Shown: piece by piece, positions 35,501 through 43,114 of the stretch | How positions within the stretch are numbered: the stretch's first letter is position 1 | How the letters are laid out: the number at the start of each line of letters is the position of its first letter | Origin: Bryobacteraceae bacterium | GTDB lineage: Bacteria; Acidobacteriota; Terriglobia; Bryobacterales; Bryobacteraceae | Length of the DNA stretch: 64,000 nucleotides | Direction: 5' to 3' | Assembly: GCA_035652975.1 (NCBI GenBank) | Contig: DASRCT010000041.1 | Span: 24,379-88,378 of the forward strand | Notes under the pieces: generated by a model | Told to the model about the DNA's origin: nothing | Databases searched by the model: none | What the model saw: only the letters and a program-made list of their open reading frames with translations | Translations under genes and position numbers: made by a program

Positions 35501-36913
35501 ACTCTGGAACTGAAATCGCGGCTGCTCGCCTATGCCGATATCCTGCCGCTGGCGCCGGCGGAGTTGCGCCGCCGTATGGAGTCCGACATGCTTCGAGCGG
35601 CGATCGAACCCGCGGAAGTTGCAGACCGGCTGCGGGCAATTGCGACAGTCGCGCCGCTGCTGCCGTCGCCATTAAAGGAGCAGGCGTTAAGAGAGGCCTT
35701 CGACGCAGCGCGGCAGATCGGCGACGAATTCGTGTTCGGCGAATTCCTTTTGCGACTGTCGGATCATTTGACCGGTGACAATCACGCAGCCGCGCTGGCG
35801 TTAGTCGAAGAGGTGTTCGATCGTGGAGGGAAGCATAAGGTCCGTGAGTATGCGTCCGATTATTCCGAGCAAGTGCTGGGGCGTGTGATCGAGGTCGCGG
35901 CGCGGCTCCCGGATTGGGATCGGGTCCTGCTTCTTGAAGACCTGCCAGTCTCGACCCCCGAGTTGCGCCGCAAAGTTGACGCCGCTCTCGCTGACGCAAC
36001 GCGTCGACTCGACCGGGGTGCAAAGGCGCGCGCCCTGCTCGCCCTCGCAAGAAACGCCGATGCCGCGCGTCGGAAGAGATTCGCCGCTGAGGCATGGGAG
36101 GCGCTGCAACCGGTCCTGGAATTAGTTCCGGCGATCATCCTCGCCGAACTTGCTCACCTGCGCGAAGAGCCTATTGATAGCGCACGCGTCAAGCAGTACG
36201 CGGTCGATATCCTGACGCGAGGAACCAATTCCTTCGGCGGGCGGACCGACGAGGTGACGCGCCTCGTTGAACTATTCCCGAATCACTGGCGCACTGTAGT
36301 TGATGGCGTGAATTCTACGCAAGTCCCTACCGATTTCGAGGATTTGGTGGAATTCACGCGCATGGAGAGGCTCGAGAGGATATCGCGTCTTGCGCCGGCA
36401 GCCGCCGAAGCCGAATTACTGTCGCTGGCGTGGTCTTTACGTGAGAAAGCGAAGAACCCGTTTCGCGCCGCGCTGGTCAGGGCGCGTATGCTGCCGCTGC
36501 TGCCCGCAGCCGATCGCACCGCCGCAATTAGGGAAGTTCACGATCGGATGCCGGAGCTCACCGCTGCGCAGCAGGCGGAAGTGGCGTCAGCGCTTGTCCC
36601 TCATGTTCACGGCGAGCACAGGTCGAAACTGTTGCGCGGCGTTTTGGATTCCATCGTCACGCAGACTACTAAATCTTCTCTGCAATCGGAATTCGAGCCG
36701 CTCAACGATGGCCTGCGGTTATGGGCGCGCGAGGATCCGGACGAGGCGGCAGCGGGGCTCGCCGAGATACTACACAGGCTATCCCGCTGGCGCCGCCCGC
36801 AGCTCTTCCGCGCGCTGACACAACTCACTCCATTCCTGCTGGAGCTTTCCGGCGCGCGCTCGGCCGATGCCATCGCCGCCGCTGCGCGCCAAGTGACTGG
36901 ATGGTGGCCGTAG
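32507..36913 (+). CDS. Trypsin-like serine protease - STAND P-loop NTPase - helical-repeat protein (1468 aa)
   Basis: Protease triad: TCAH43VV, FD88VALLKV and GFS162GAPV. Walker A is YPPGRGK281TTT and Walker B is LVTILD367GVDEA (hhhhDGhDE, as in NACHT/STAND). From about aa 600 to the end there are alpha-helical repeats. Confidence 0.85.
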   Translation: MAEAARIAPAAHQRALVAIPGRGALAGTGVCVLPRALVLTCAHVVNTALGRDQRAAEFPDRSIPISPVAASGLLDADVVAWSPHDHFDVALLKVRQELPDAVHATPIFDAGDLADLEFDTYGFPKGYHKAPYYGRSAQGKVVVKTATGRYQVEHNGIEEGFSGAPVRDLLLRRVIGIVAASDNSLAFITPSAAIADICAAAGHSLEVIRLDYPFEILTAGLEMARGNVLSSVEALLSNYLGGPSNPAPFGGRADSMRALNEWVGNPAKPFALMAYPPGRGKTTTLVRWAVEAAAERSATVVFVPVSLRFNTARRADFLQIWASRLLSVHASARQAPPDREDEIVRLIDQILRADWPADRAPLVTILDGVDEATDWKAAEALRFPIRLGRNVKALIAARILAGQHSEQDWIQQLGWAPDATSLIPLPPLDRNGIREVLRAPSHPARRFADDDAMIDRLLYLTGGDPFELSLYSDAISDLPGAFLDEKDLESLQPGLKTFFHKWWSYQRSRGLAQNREALNLLHLLSCALGPLERRDIQAIAGDSELSNGDILDEALQAISRFVIGDGLRTPYSLSHPRIRLFQIEEMGAARRASWDAKILQYCLDALDKPASSGRPARYQVQFLGAHLEAAGALREMLYRLVDSGWVRAWEDIDGPGVHTGFLKDLDRAWRAAVQSRDLPMQIKCALCASSVAAASDVPGALLADAIRAGLITPLQAMNVIRQNVTDYRVVEALEAVFPLLADESLRSEAIRLARGLAEPEWIASVLAAAIPCVPEQDRPRLLQESYALAIQTGVESTRVRLLTALIPHWPDAARQERIDEAAQLAQRLDYRPHRAEALISLLPVLTGKDRKEALETAFSAVAYEDDDAPFLEVVRAAPAPLPERIEYRVAGRLLEFQMAGQDARFRALAAAAYPKSSPKLRKVVNAHLLTGKLDDERILTLSELLPYMDPAARRRGEALLEQHLEKAGVEARCNALIALARVQRENALRATEAYACAGTLELKSRLLAYADILPLAPAELRRRMESDMLRAAIEPAEVADRLRAIATVAPLLPSPLKEQALREAFDAARQIGDEFVFGEFLLRLSDHLTGDNHAAALALVEEVFDRGGKHKVREYASDYSEQVLGRVIEVAARLPDWDRVLLLEDLPVSTPELRRKVDAALADATRRLDRGAKARALLALARNADAARRKRFAAEAWEALQPVLELVPAIILAELAHLREEPIDSARVKQYAVDILTRGTNSFGGRTDEVTRLVELFPNHWRTVVDGVNSTQVPTDFEDLVEFTRMERLERISRLAPAAAEAELLSLAWSLREKAKNPFRAALVRARMLPLLPAADRTAAIREVHDRMPELTAAQQAEVASALVPHVHGEHRSKLLRGVLDSIVTQTTKSSLQSEFEPLNDGLRLWAREDPDEAAAGLAEILHRLSRWRRPQLFRALTQLTPFLLELSGARSADAIAAAARQVTGWWP

Positions 36914-36928
36914 GCGCCCGTGCTCGCC

Positions 36929-36957
36929 GGTCGCGGCCGCCGTCTGGCGCCGCGACC
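36929..36957. terminator. GC-rich hairpin between convergent genes (possible bidirectional terminator)
   Basis: GGTCGCGGC (36929-36937), an 11-nt loop, then GCCGCGACC (36949-36957). It lies between the stop at 36913 (+) and the stop at 36975 (-). There is no U-tract. Confidence 0.35.
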
Positions 36958-36974
36958 GCGTAGGAACGGAGAGG

Positions 36975-37919
36975 TCATCTCCCGGTGTATGTTATTGTCG
37001 TGGTCGCCGTGCTTGAGACGCCCTTACTGTTTGTTACCGTAACCTGAAATACGTAATCGCCTTTGCCTCCCGCGAACGTAATCAATGGCGTCGCTGTGTT
37101 GCCAAGATTGATCGCCGCTGCGGGACCGCTCACCTCTGTCCAGTTGAACGACAACTGTAGCCCGTTCGGATCAGTTGATTTGGAGGCGTCCAGGACGAGC
37201 TGCTTCTGGGCTGTGGTCTGCGTCGCGCCAGGCGTAAACACGATTGTCGGTCCGGCGTTCGTTCCGGGCGGCGTCGCCGATGGTGTTGCGAACGTCAAGG
37301 TCCCGGATGCTGCGGCCGAATACAGCCCCGCGACGCCGGGAACCAGAACGACGACGTTGTTGATCTTCGGCGGGTTATCGGTCGTATAGCCAAATCCGAC
37401 GGCGATCAGGGCGCCTGAAATATCGCCATAGGGGGTCTTCGGGAAATTGTTGTACACCTTACCGGTCATCAGCACGCTGGGAACGGGCTGACAAGAGGAC
37501 GCAATGTTGGTCACGTTGACCTGATAGCTCTGAACAATCGAGCCGAAGGCAATGGCATTCGGCGGCGTCGGACTGGGCGATCCCGGTTGCGCCGTAAATC
37601 CCAGAATCGTCAGGGTATTCGAGGTTGGATTATAGGTAATCTGTTCGCGAGCCTCAAGCGCTCCGGATGCGATAGCAGCCGCCAGATTGGCGGGAATGTT
37701 CGCCGTCATCGTGGTGAACACGCCGGAGTTGTTACCGGTCAGCGTCAGCGTGCGCTCGATATTGAGGGCAGTGATCGCTGTAGGCGCCGCCGAGCAGGTA
37801 GCTGCGGCGGATCCTCCGGATCCTGAGCCGGAACCGCCGGACTGCGCAAGCGCTGGCGCCATGGTTACGCCAAATGCCAGGGCGTGGATCGCCAACTGAC
37901 GTAAATAAAATCTCCTCAT
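36975..37919 (-). CDS. Secreted protein with a C-terminal PKD-like Ig domain
   Basis: Signal peptide, a GSGSGSGGS linker, and the C-terminus LVLDASKSTDPNGLQLSFNWTEVSGP...YVFQVTVTNSKGVSSTATTTITY (PKD pattern). Confidence 0.7.
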   Translation of the reverse strand: MRRFYLRQLAIHALAFGVTMAPALAQSGGSGSGSGGSAAATCSAAPTAITALNIERTLTLTGNNSGVFTTMTANIPANLAAAIASGALEAREQITYNPTSNTLTILGFTAQPGSPSPTPPNAIAFGSIVQSYQVNVTNIASSCQPVPSVLMTGKVYNNFPKTPYGDISGALIAVGFGYTTDNPPKINNVVVLVPGVAGLYSAAASGTLTFATPSATPPGTNAGPTIVFTPGATQTTAQKQLVLDASKSTDPNGLQLSFNWTEVSGPAAAINLGNTATPLITFAGGKGDYVFQVTVTNSKGVSSTATTTITYTGR

Positions 37920-38276
37920 GTGTCTTCCCCTCCTCCTGCTGTTAAGCGTTACTCCTTGGATTTAGCGGCCTTGCCCTTGAGCGCACAGCGGACCGGACGC
38001 GGGATGTCACACGGGCGCACAGACGGATGCCACACTCGGCTCTGACCGCAACACGTATGATGCAGCAGCGCCGATTTGATTACAAGCTACTAACGTTCAT
38101 GTGGCGGTTTCAGGCGAACGAGTGCGGCGCCCTGGAGTAATGGCCGTCCTGCATCATGTACGGAAACGCGAATCTGAGACATAATAGTAACAGCGGCCAA
38201 AGTTTACCGCGAGGCTGCTGATCGGTCACTGCCCGGTGAGACGTCCAGCCCCATACGACCCAAGGGAATCGCTTCC

Positions 38277-40136
38277 ATGAAATTGCAGTCTGCCGCAGGC
38301 GTTGCGGCATGTATGACGCTGTTGTCCGTTTTTGCGGCGCCTGCCCCGGAATTGACGCGGCCGCGCGCTGGAAAAGTACCAATCTTTCCCGAGTCCGAGC
38401 TCCAGCCGGGAATGAAAGGCGTAGCTTGGACCGTTTTTCAGGGAACTGAACCGGAGCCTGTTCCGGTCGAGATTGTCGGCGTACTCAAGAACGCGTGGGG
38501 GCCGAAACAAGACATCATTCTCGGCAAAATGGGCGGAAAGGCGGTTCGGACAAATGTCGCCGGCGGCATGAGCGGCAGTCCCGTCTACATCGATGGCAAA
38601 CTGGTGGGAGCCATCGCCCTGCGGCTGAGCGTCTTCTCTCCGGATGCAATCTGCGGCATTACGCCGATCGAGCTGATGCTCGAAATCAACGATTTCAACA
38701 AGTCCATTCCGTCCAGCGCAAAAGTTCCCAGCCGCCCCAGCGATCGCGCCGCGGTGGAAATTCCTGATGGCATGCTGGCGCGCGCCGTCTCCGCAGGCGC
38801 TTCCGACAGGTTTACTACGCCGCAATTGATGGTTCCGATCGAAACGCCGCTGACGTTCTCAGGCTTCAGCGATCGAACTCTCAAGGAGTTCGGGCCGATG
38901 TTCCAACAGCTTGGGATGACGCCGGTGCAGGGTGGCGCGAGCAGTAATCTTCGCTCTCCAAAGCCGGTCCCCGGATGGCAGAATGCGCTTCAGCCGGGCG
39001 ATGCCGTCGCAGGTGTGCTGGTGTCAGGCGATATGGCCGTCACCGGGTTGGGAACAGTGACCTACAACGACGGCAAGCGCGTGCTCGCCTTCGGTCATCC
39101 GTTTTTCAATCTGGGTCCGGTGGACATGCCCATGAGCAAGGGTGAGATCCTGATGGTGCTCTCATCCCAATTTCAGCCGAATAAGTTCGGGAACGCCACA
39201 GACATAGTCGGCGCGCTCCGGCAGGACCGCCACAGCGGGATCCTGGGAGAGCTGGGCGCAACGGCCGATATGGTCCCTGTCAACGTCAAGGTGCGGTCGT
39301 ACTCGGACGCCAACACGGTTCTGAAGGAAAAGGATCTGCACTTCAATGTGTTCGTCCACCAGAAGTGGACTCCCTACCTGATGATGGTGACGCTGTTCAA
39401 CTCCATTGAGGGTTTGAACGATTATGCGGAAGAGGCGACCTACCGTCTGAACGGTGAAATTGAGCTCGACGGCCAGCCTAACCTCTCGCTCACAACCATG
39501 GCCGCGCCGAGCGAGATGCCGGTGCCGACGCCCATGGTTCTGGCGGGATGGTGGGGCGACAAGTTCAACCGTCTGTTCCTGAACTCCGTCAGCATGCCCA
39601 AGTTACGGCGTGTGAACGCCACTATCGACCTGCTGCCAGAGCGCCGCATCGCGACCATCGAAAATGCGTGGACTCCGACGAGCGAGCTCGAAGCCGGCGC
39701 GGAGGTTCCGCTGAAGATCTTCCTGCGGCCGTATCGCGGCGAGCGCATCGAGCGCGATGTCACAATCAAGCTGCCGGCCGGAATATCGAAAGGCGAACAC
39801 CGCATCCTGCTCAGCGACGCGGAGACATTGAACCGGATGCAGAGCGCTGCCGGCTCGGCGAACCGCTATATGGACATTCCTCAGACCGTGTCGCTCATTA
39901 ACCAGGAACGCTCCAACAATAAGCTCTATGTGTCGTTGGTCGAGCGCCGGCCGACCATCTACGCCGAGGACAAGACGCTTCCCAACCTTCCGGCTTCGGT
40001 CCTGAATGTGATGCAGACCGGGCGCACCGCGAGTCGCACGATGTCCAGCTCTCCGGAGAGCGCCGTCGAACAGACGTCGATCGCCTTCGATCAGGTGATC
40101 AGCGGCAGCTACTCGCTGCGCATCAATGTAAAGTAG
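38277..40136 (+). CDS. Secreted peptidase S55 (SpoIVB-like) domain protein
   Basis: Signal peptide. GGMSGSPVYIDGKLVGAIA...GITPIELML resembles the SpoIVB Ser block. GLGTVTYNDGKRVLAFGHPFFNLG resembles the SpoIVB His block. Confidence 0.65.
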   Translation: MKLQSAAGVAACMTLLSVFAAPAPELTRPRAGKVPIFPESELQPGMKGVAWTVFQGTEPEPVPVEIVGVLKNAWGPKQDIILGKMGGKAVRTNVAGGMSGSPVYIDGKLVGAIALRLSVFSPDAICGITPIELMLEINDFNKSIPSSAKVPSRPSDRAAVEIPDGMLARAVSAGASDRFTTPQLMVPIETPLTFSGFSDRTLKEFGPMFQQLGMTPVQGGASSNLRSPKPVPGWQNALQPGDAVAGVLVSGDMAVTGLGTVTYNDGKRVLAFGHPFFNLGPVDMPMSKGEILMVLSSQFQPNKFGNATDIVGALRQDRHSGILGELGATADMVPVNVKVRSYSDANTVLKEKDLHFNVFVHQKWTPYLMMVTLFNSIEGLNDYAEEATYRLNGEIELDGQPNLSLTTMAAPSEMPVPTPMVLAGWWGDKFNRLFLNSVSMPKLRRVNATIDLLPERRIATIENAWTPTSELEAGAEVPLKIFLRPYRGERIERDVTIKLPAGISKGEHRILLSDAETLNRMQSAAGSANRYMDIPQTVSLINQERSNNKLYVSLVERRPTIYAEDKTLPNLPASVLNVMQTGRTASRTMSSSPESAVEQTSIAFDQVISGSYSLRINVK

Positions 40137-40148
40137 CCAATCAATTCA

Positions 40149-42410
40149 ATGCACAAAATTGAGTTCTTGTTATTGCCCGCCTGGGTGAGGGCGGTGGTGT
40201 GCGCGGCGGCGGTTGCGGCGGTTGCGCTGCCGGGCCGCGCCGTAGAGACGAAGTTCTGGCAGCAGCAGGATTTCTCCGATTTTGAAAAGGGAAATCTGAA
40301 TAAGATTTCGATCCGCAGCGACGGGCGGCTGTTTCTCGCCCCGGCGCTCACCGAAGTGCTCGATTCTTCCGCGCCGTACCTGTGGGCCCTGGCGCTTGAC
40401 GCTTCAGGCAATATTTATGCCGGCGGAGGCGGCCCGACCGGATCCACTTCAAAACTCTTCCGCATAGCGCCGGACGGCAAGTGGACGACGCTCGCCGAAC
40501 TTCCCGGACTTGAAATTCACGCCATTGCTGTCGATCGTAAGGGCGTTGTCTACGCGGCCACGGCGCCGGACGGGAAGGTCTACCGCGTCGCCAACGGGAA
40601 ATCGGAAATATTTTTCGACCCGCATACAAAATACATATGGGCTTTGGCGTTTTCGCCGGAAAATGATCTCTATATCGCTACGGGGGACCGCGGTGAGGTC
40701 TACAAGGTGACCCCTCAGGGCAAGGGCGCCGTTTTTTTTCAGACCGAGGAGACGCACGCACGTTCGCTGGCCGTTGACCGCGTGGGCAACCTCATCATTG
40801 GCACGGAGCCGAACGGCGTCATTATGCGGGTGACGCCTCAGGGCCAAGGGTTCGTTTTGTATGAGACCCCGAAGCGCGAGATCACGGCGGTGGCCGTCGC
40901 CCAGAACGGATCGATTTATGCGGCTGCCGTCGGCGCGAGAGCTGCTGGTGTTCTGGCCGCGCCGCCCGCGCCCAGTTCGCAGCAGCCCTCCGCTCCTCCG
41001 CCAACTATGGCGCCCACGCCGCCAGGGGGCCGTCAGCCGCAGCCGACCTCCCGAACCGAGGCCGCCCCTCCGCCTCCTTCTCTATCGCCCTCGCCGGCGG
41101 CGATCTCAGGCGGCTCCGAAGTTTACCGGATCGACCCCGACGGGTCTCCGCATAAAGTGTGGACCCACGGGCAGGAGATCGCCTACGCCATTGCCTTCGA
41201 CAACAGCGGAAGGCCGCTGGTTGGCACGGGCAACAAAGGCAACATCTACCGCCTCGACTCCGATCTTCGCTACACACTGCTTCTCAATCTCCCGCCAACG
41301 CAGGTCACCGGTTTTGCTGCGGGGCCGGGCGGGGCGATCTACGCCGCCACCGGCAATGTGGGAAAGGTCTACCGCCTGGGCCCCGCCAGCGAACGGCAGG
41401 GCTCGTTTGAGAGCGACACGTTCGATGGCGGCGCGTTTACGTACTGGGGACGGCTCAGCTTCGTGGGCGCTCTGAACGGCGGCGGGATCTCGTTTGAAGC
41501 CCGCAGCGGCAATGTCAGTCATCCGCAAAAGAATTGGAGTCCGTGGACCCCTGTAACGATTTCCGGCGACGGCGGACGCGTCGCCGCCCCGCCCGCCCGA
41601 TTCCTCCAGTACCGCGTCACGTTCACCGCGTCAGCCGACGGCCGGTCGCCCGAGGTCAGCGCCATCGATATCGCGTATCTCAACAAGAATCTCGCGCCCT
41701 TGATCGAGAGCATCGAGATCACGCCCGCCAATTACCGATTTTCACCGTCCGTCGTTTCGACTCTCACATCCACGACGGGCCGCAGCATTACGCTTCCGCC
41801 GCTTGGAGGCCGGAGACCACCGCCCATGGCCCCTCTGGCCGAAATCAGCTCGCAAACCATGCAGTACGCGAAGGGCTACCAAGGCGCCCGCTGGCTGGCG
41901 CGAGATGACAACGGAGATACGCTCAAATACAAGGTGGAAATCCGCGGCGTGGGCGAGTCAGAGTGGAAGACGCTGAAGGACGAAGTCCATGAGCGCTCGA
42001 TCAGCTTCGATTCCACGGGCTTTGCCGACGGCAAGTACATGTTGCGCATTATCGCCTCCGACTCGCCGAGCAATCCGCCGGATCAAGCCTTATCCGCATC
42101 GCTTGAAAGCGATCTGTTCCTGATCGACAACACGCCGCCGGAAATCGTGGGACTCGCCGCGACCGCCAGCGCCAATGGGATCGAGGTTGGATGGATGGCG
42201 AAGGACGCCTTAAGCGTTGTTTCAAAAGCTGAGTACTCGGTGGACGGTGGAGAGTGGACGGTGGTCGATCCGATCACGAAGCTCTCTGATTCTTCCGAAG
42301 AAGAATATCGCCTCCATCTTCCGCGCACTCATGCCGGCGAATGCACTATCGCGATTCGGGTAACCGACGAATACGACAATCAGACGGTGCAAAAAACAAT
42401 TGTGCGGTGA
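40149..42410 (+). CDS. Secreted beta-propeller repeat protein with a Pro-rich linker and C-terminal Ig/FN3-like domains
   Basis: Signal peptide. Repeated blades (GNIYAGGG..., GVVYAATAPDGKVYRV, NDLYIATGDRGEVYKV, GNLIIGTEPNGVIMRV, GSIYAAAVG; after the linker GRPLVGTGNKGNIYRL, GAIYAATGNVGKVYRL). It starts 12 nt after the upstream stop. Confidence 0.7.
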   Translation: MHKIEFLLLPAWVRAVVCAAAVAAVALPGRAVETKFWQQQDFSDFEKGNLNKISIRSDGRLFLAPALTEVLDSSAPYLWALALDASGNIYAGGGGPTGSTSKLFRIAPDGKWTTLAELPGLEIHAIAVDRKGVVYAATAPDGKVYRVANGKSEIFFDPHTKYIWALAFSPENDLYIATGDRGEVYKVTPQGKGAVFFQTEETHARSLAVDRVGNLIIGTEPNGVIMRVTPQGQGFVLYETPKREITAVAVAQNGSIYAAAVGARAAGVLAAPPAPSSQQPSAPPPTMAPTPPGGRQPQPTSRTEAAPPPPSLSPSPAAISGGSEVYRIDPDGSPHKVWTHGQEIAYAIAFDNSGRPLVGTGNKGNIYRLDSDLRYTLLLNLPPTQVTGFAAGPGGAIYAATGNVGKVYRLGPASERQGSFESDTFDGGAFTYWGRLSFVGALNGGGISFEARSGNVSHPQKNWSPWTPVTISGDGGRVAAPPARFLQYRVTFTASADGRSPEVSAIDIAYLNKNLAPLIESIEITPANYRFSPSVVSTLTSTTGRSITLPPLGGRRPPPMAPLAEISSQTMQYAKGYQGARWLARDDNGDTLKYKVEIRGVGESEWKTLKDEVHERSISFDSTGFADGKYMLRIIASDSPSNPPDQALSASLESDLFLIDNTPPEIVGLAATASANGIEVGWMAKDALSVVSKAEYSVDGGEWTVVDPITKLSDSSEEEYRLHLPRTHAGECTIAIRVTDEYDNQTVQKTIVR

Positions 42411-42413
42411 CTT

Positions 42414-43007
42414 GTGACGCTGCCGTCCCGCGTGCGCGTACGGATCAGCTCCGAAGCGGCCGGTCAGATTTCGCTCACGCCGGTGATCTCCCAGGAGATG
42501 CCGCTCGAGGAGCTGATCGAAATTCTGCTGCAGGCCGCCGGCAAGGACGCGGCGCGCATCCGCGAGATGCTCGCACGGGGCTCCGTGGTGGAGGGCGCGT
42601 CAAGGTTCCGGTGGGACGCGATTCACGCCGACGCCGCGGCCGTCGACGCCGCGATAGGCCGTTTTCCAGACCCCGAGCCGCTGCGCGCATTCGACGCGGC
42701 GCGCTGCTTTCAGGCGCGGTTTCGCGGTCCGTACGGAACCATCGAGCTGCCGCGGGAAATTGCCGCGCGGAGGCGGTTGCTTTCGCGCCGGACCTTCTGG
42801 TCCGCGCTGATGGACGCAATCGCGCCGTTTCCGCCGGAATACATCGGGTATTCCTACCGGCAACGCGCGGATGAATATCGAATCACTCTGTCGCGCTCCG
42901 GAATTTCTCGAATTTTACAGGAAACAGGAAAACTGAAGCATGCGGGGCTTGCAGACCGCCTGCGCCGGTTGGGATTTGAAACCATCGAATTGTCGGTCCG
43001 CCGCTGA
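42414..43007 (+). CDS. Hypothetical cytoplasmic protein (no recognisable motif)
   Basis: 197-aa ORF with a GTG start 3 nt after the upstream stop. Its codon usage looks like its neighbours. I recognised no signal peptide or motif. Confidence 0.55.
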   Translation: MTLPSRVRVRISSEAAGQISLTPVISQEMPLEELIEILLQAAGKDAARIREMLARGSVVEGASRFRWDAIHADAAAVDAAIGRFPDPEPLRAFDAARCFQARFRGPYGTIELPREIAARRRLLSRRTFWSALMDAIAPFPPEYIGYSYRQRADEYRITLSRSGISRILQETGKLKHAGLADRLRRLGFETIELSVRR

Positions 43008-43047
43008 GCGCGGGACACGCGAGCCGTTCTGATCGCGAACATCAAAC

Positions 43048-43075
43048 CTAACCAACACTCCGGTTAGAGTTTTTG
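43048..43075 (+). terminator. Weak intrinsic-terminator-like hairpin with a T-run
   Basis: CTAACC (43048-43053), an 8-nt loop, GGTTAG (43062-43067), then AGTTTTTG. It lies 40 nt after the stop of the 42414-43007 ORF. Confidence 0.3.
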
Positions 43076-43114
43076 CGCTCGCATTCCGCTTACTTGGGCG
43101 GAGGTGTTCACACG

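Noticed and set aside
38226-38825. 199-aa minus-strand ORF overlapping the start of the S55 peptidase gene
   Set aside because: It lies antisense to a region encoding a signal peptide and the GMSGSP block. It has no motifs and an Arg/Gly-rich composition.
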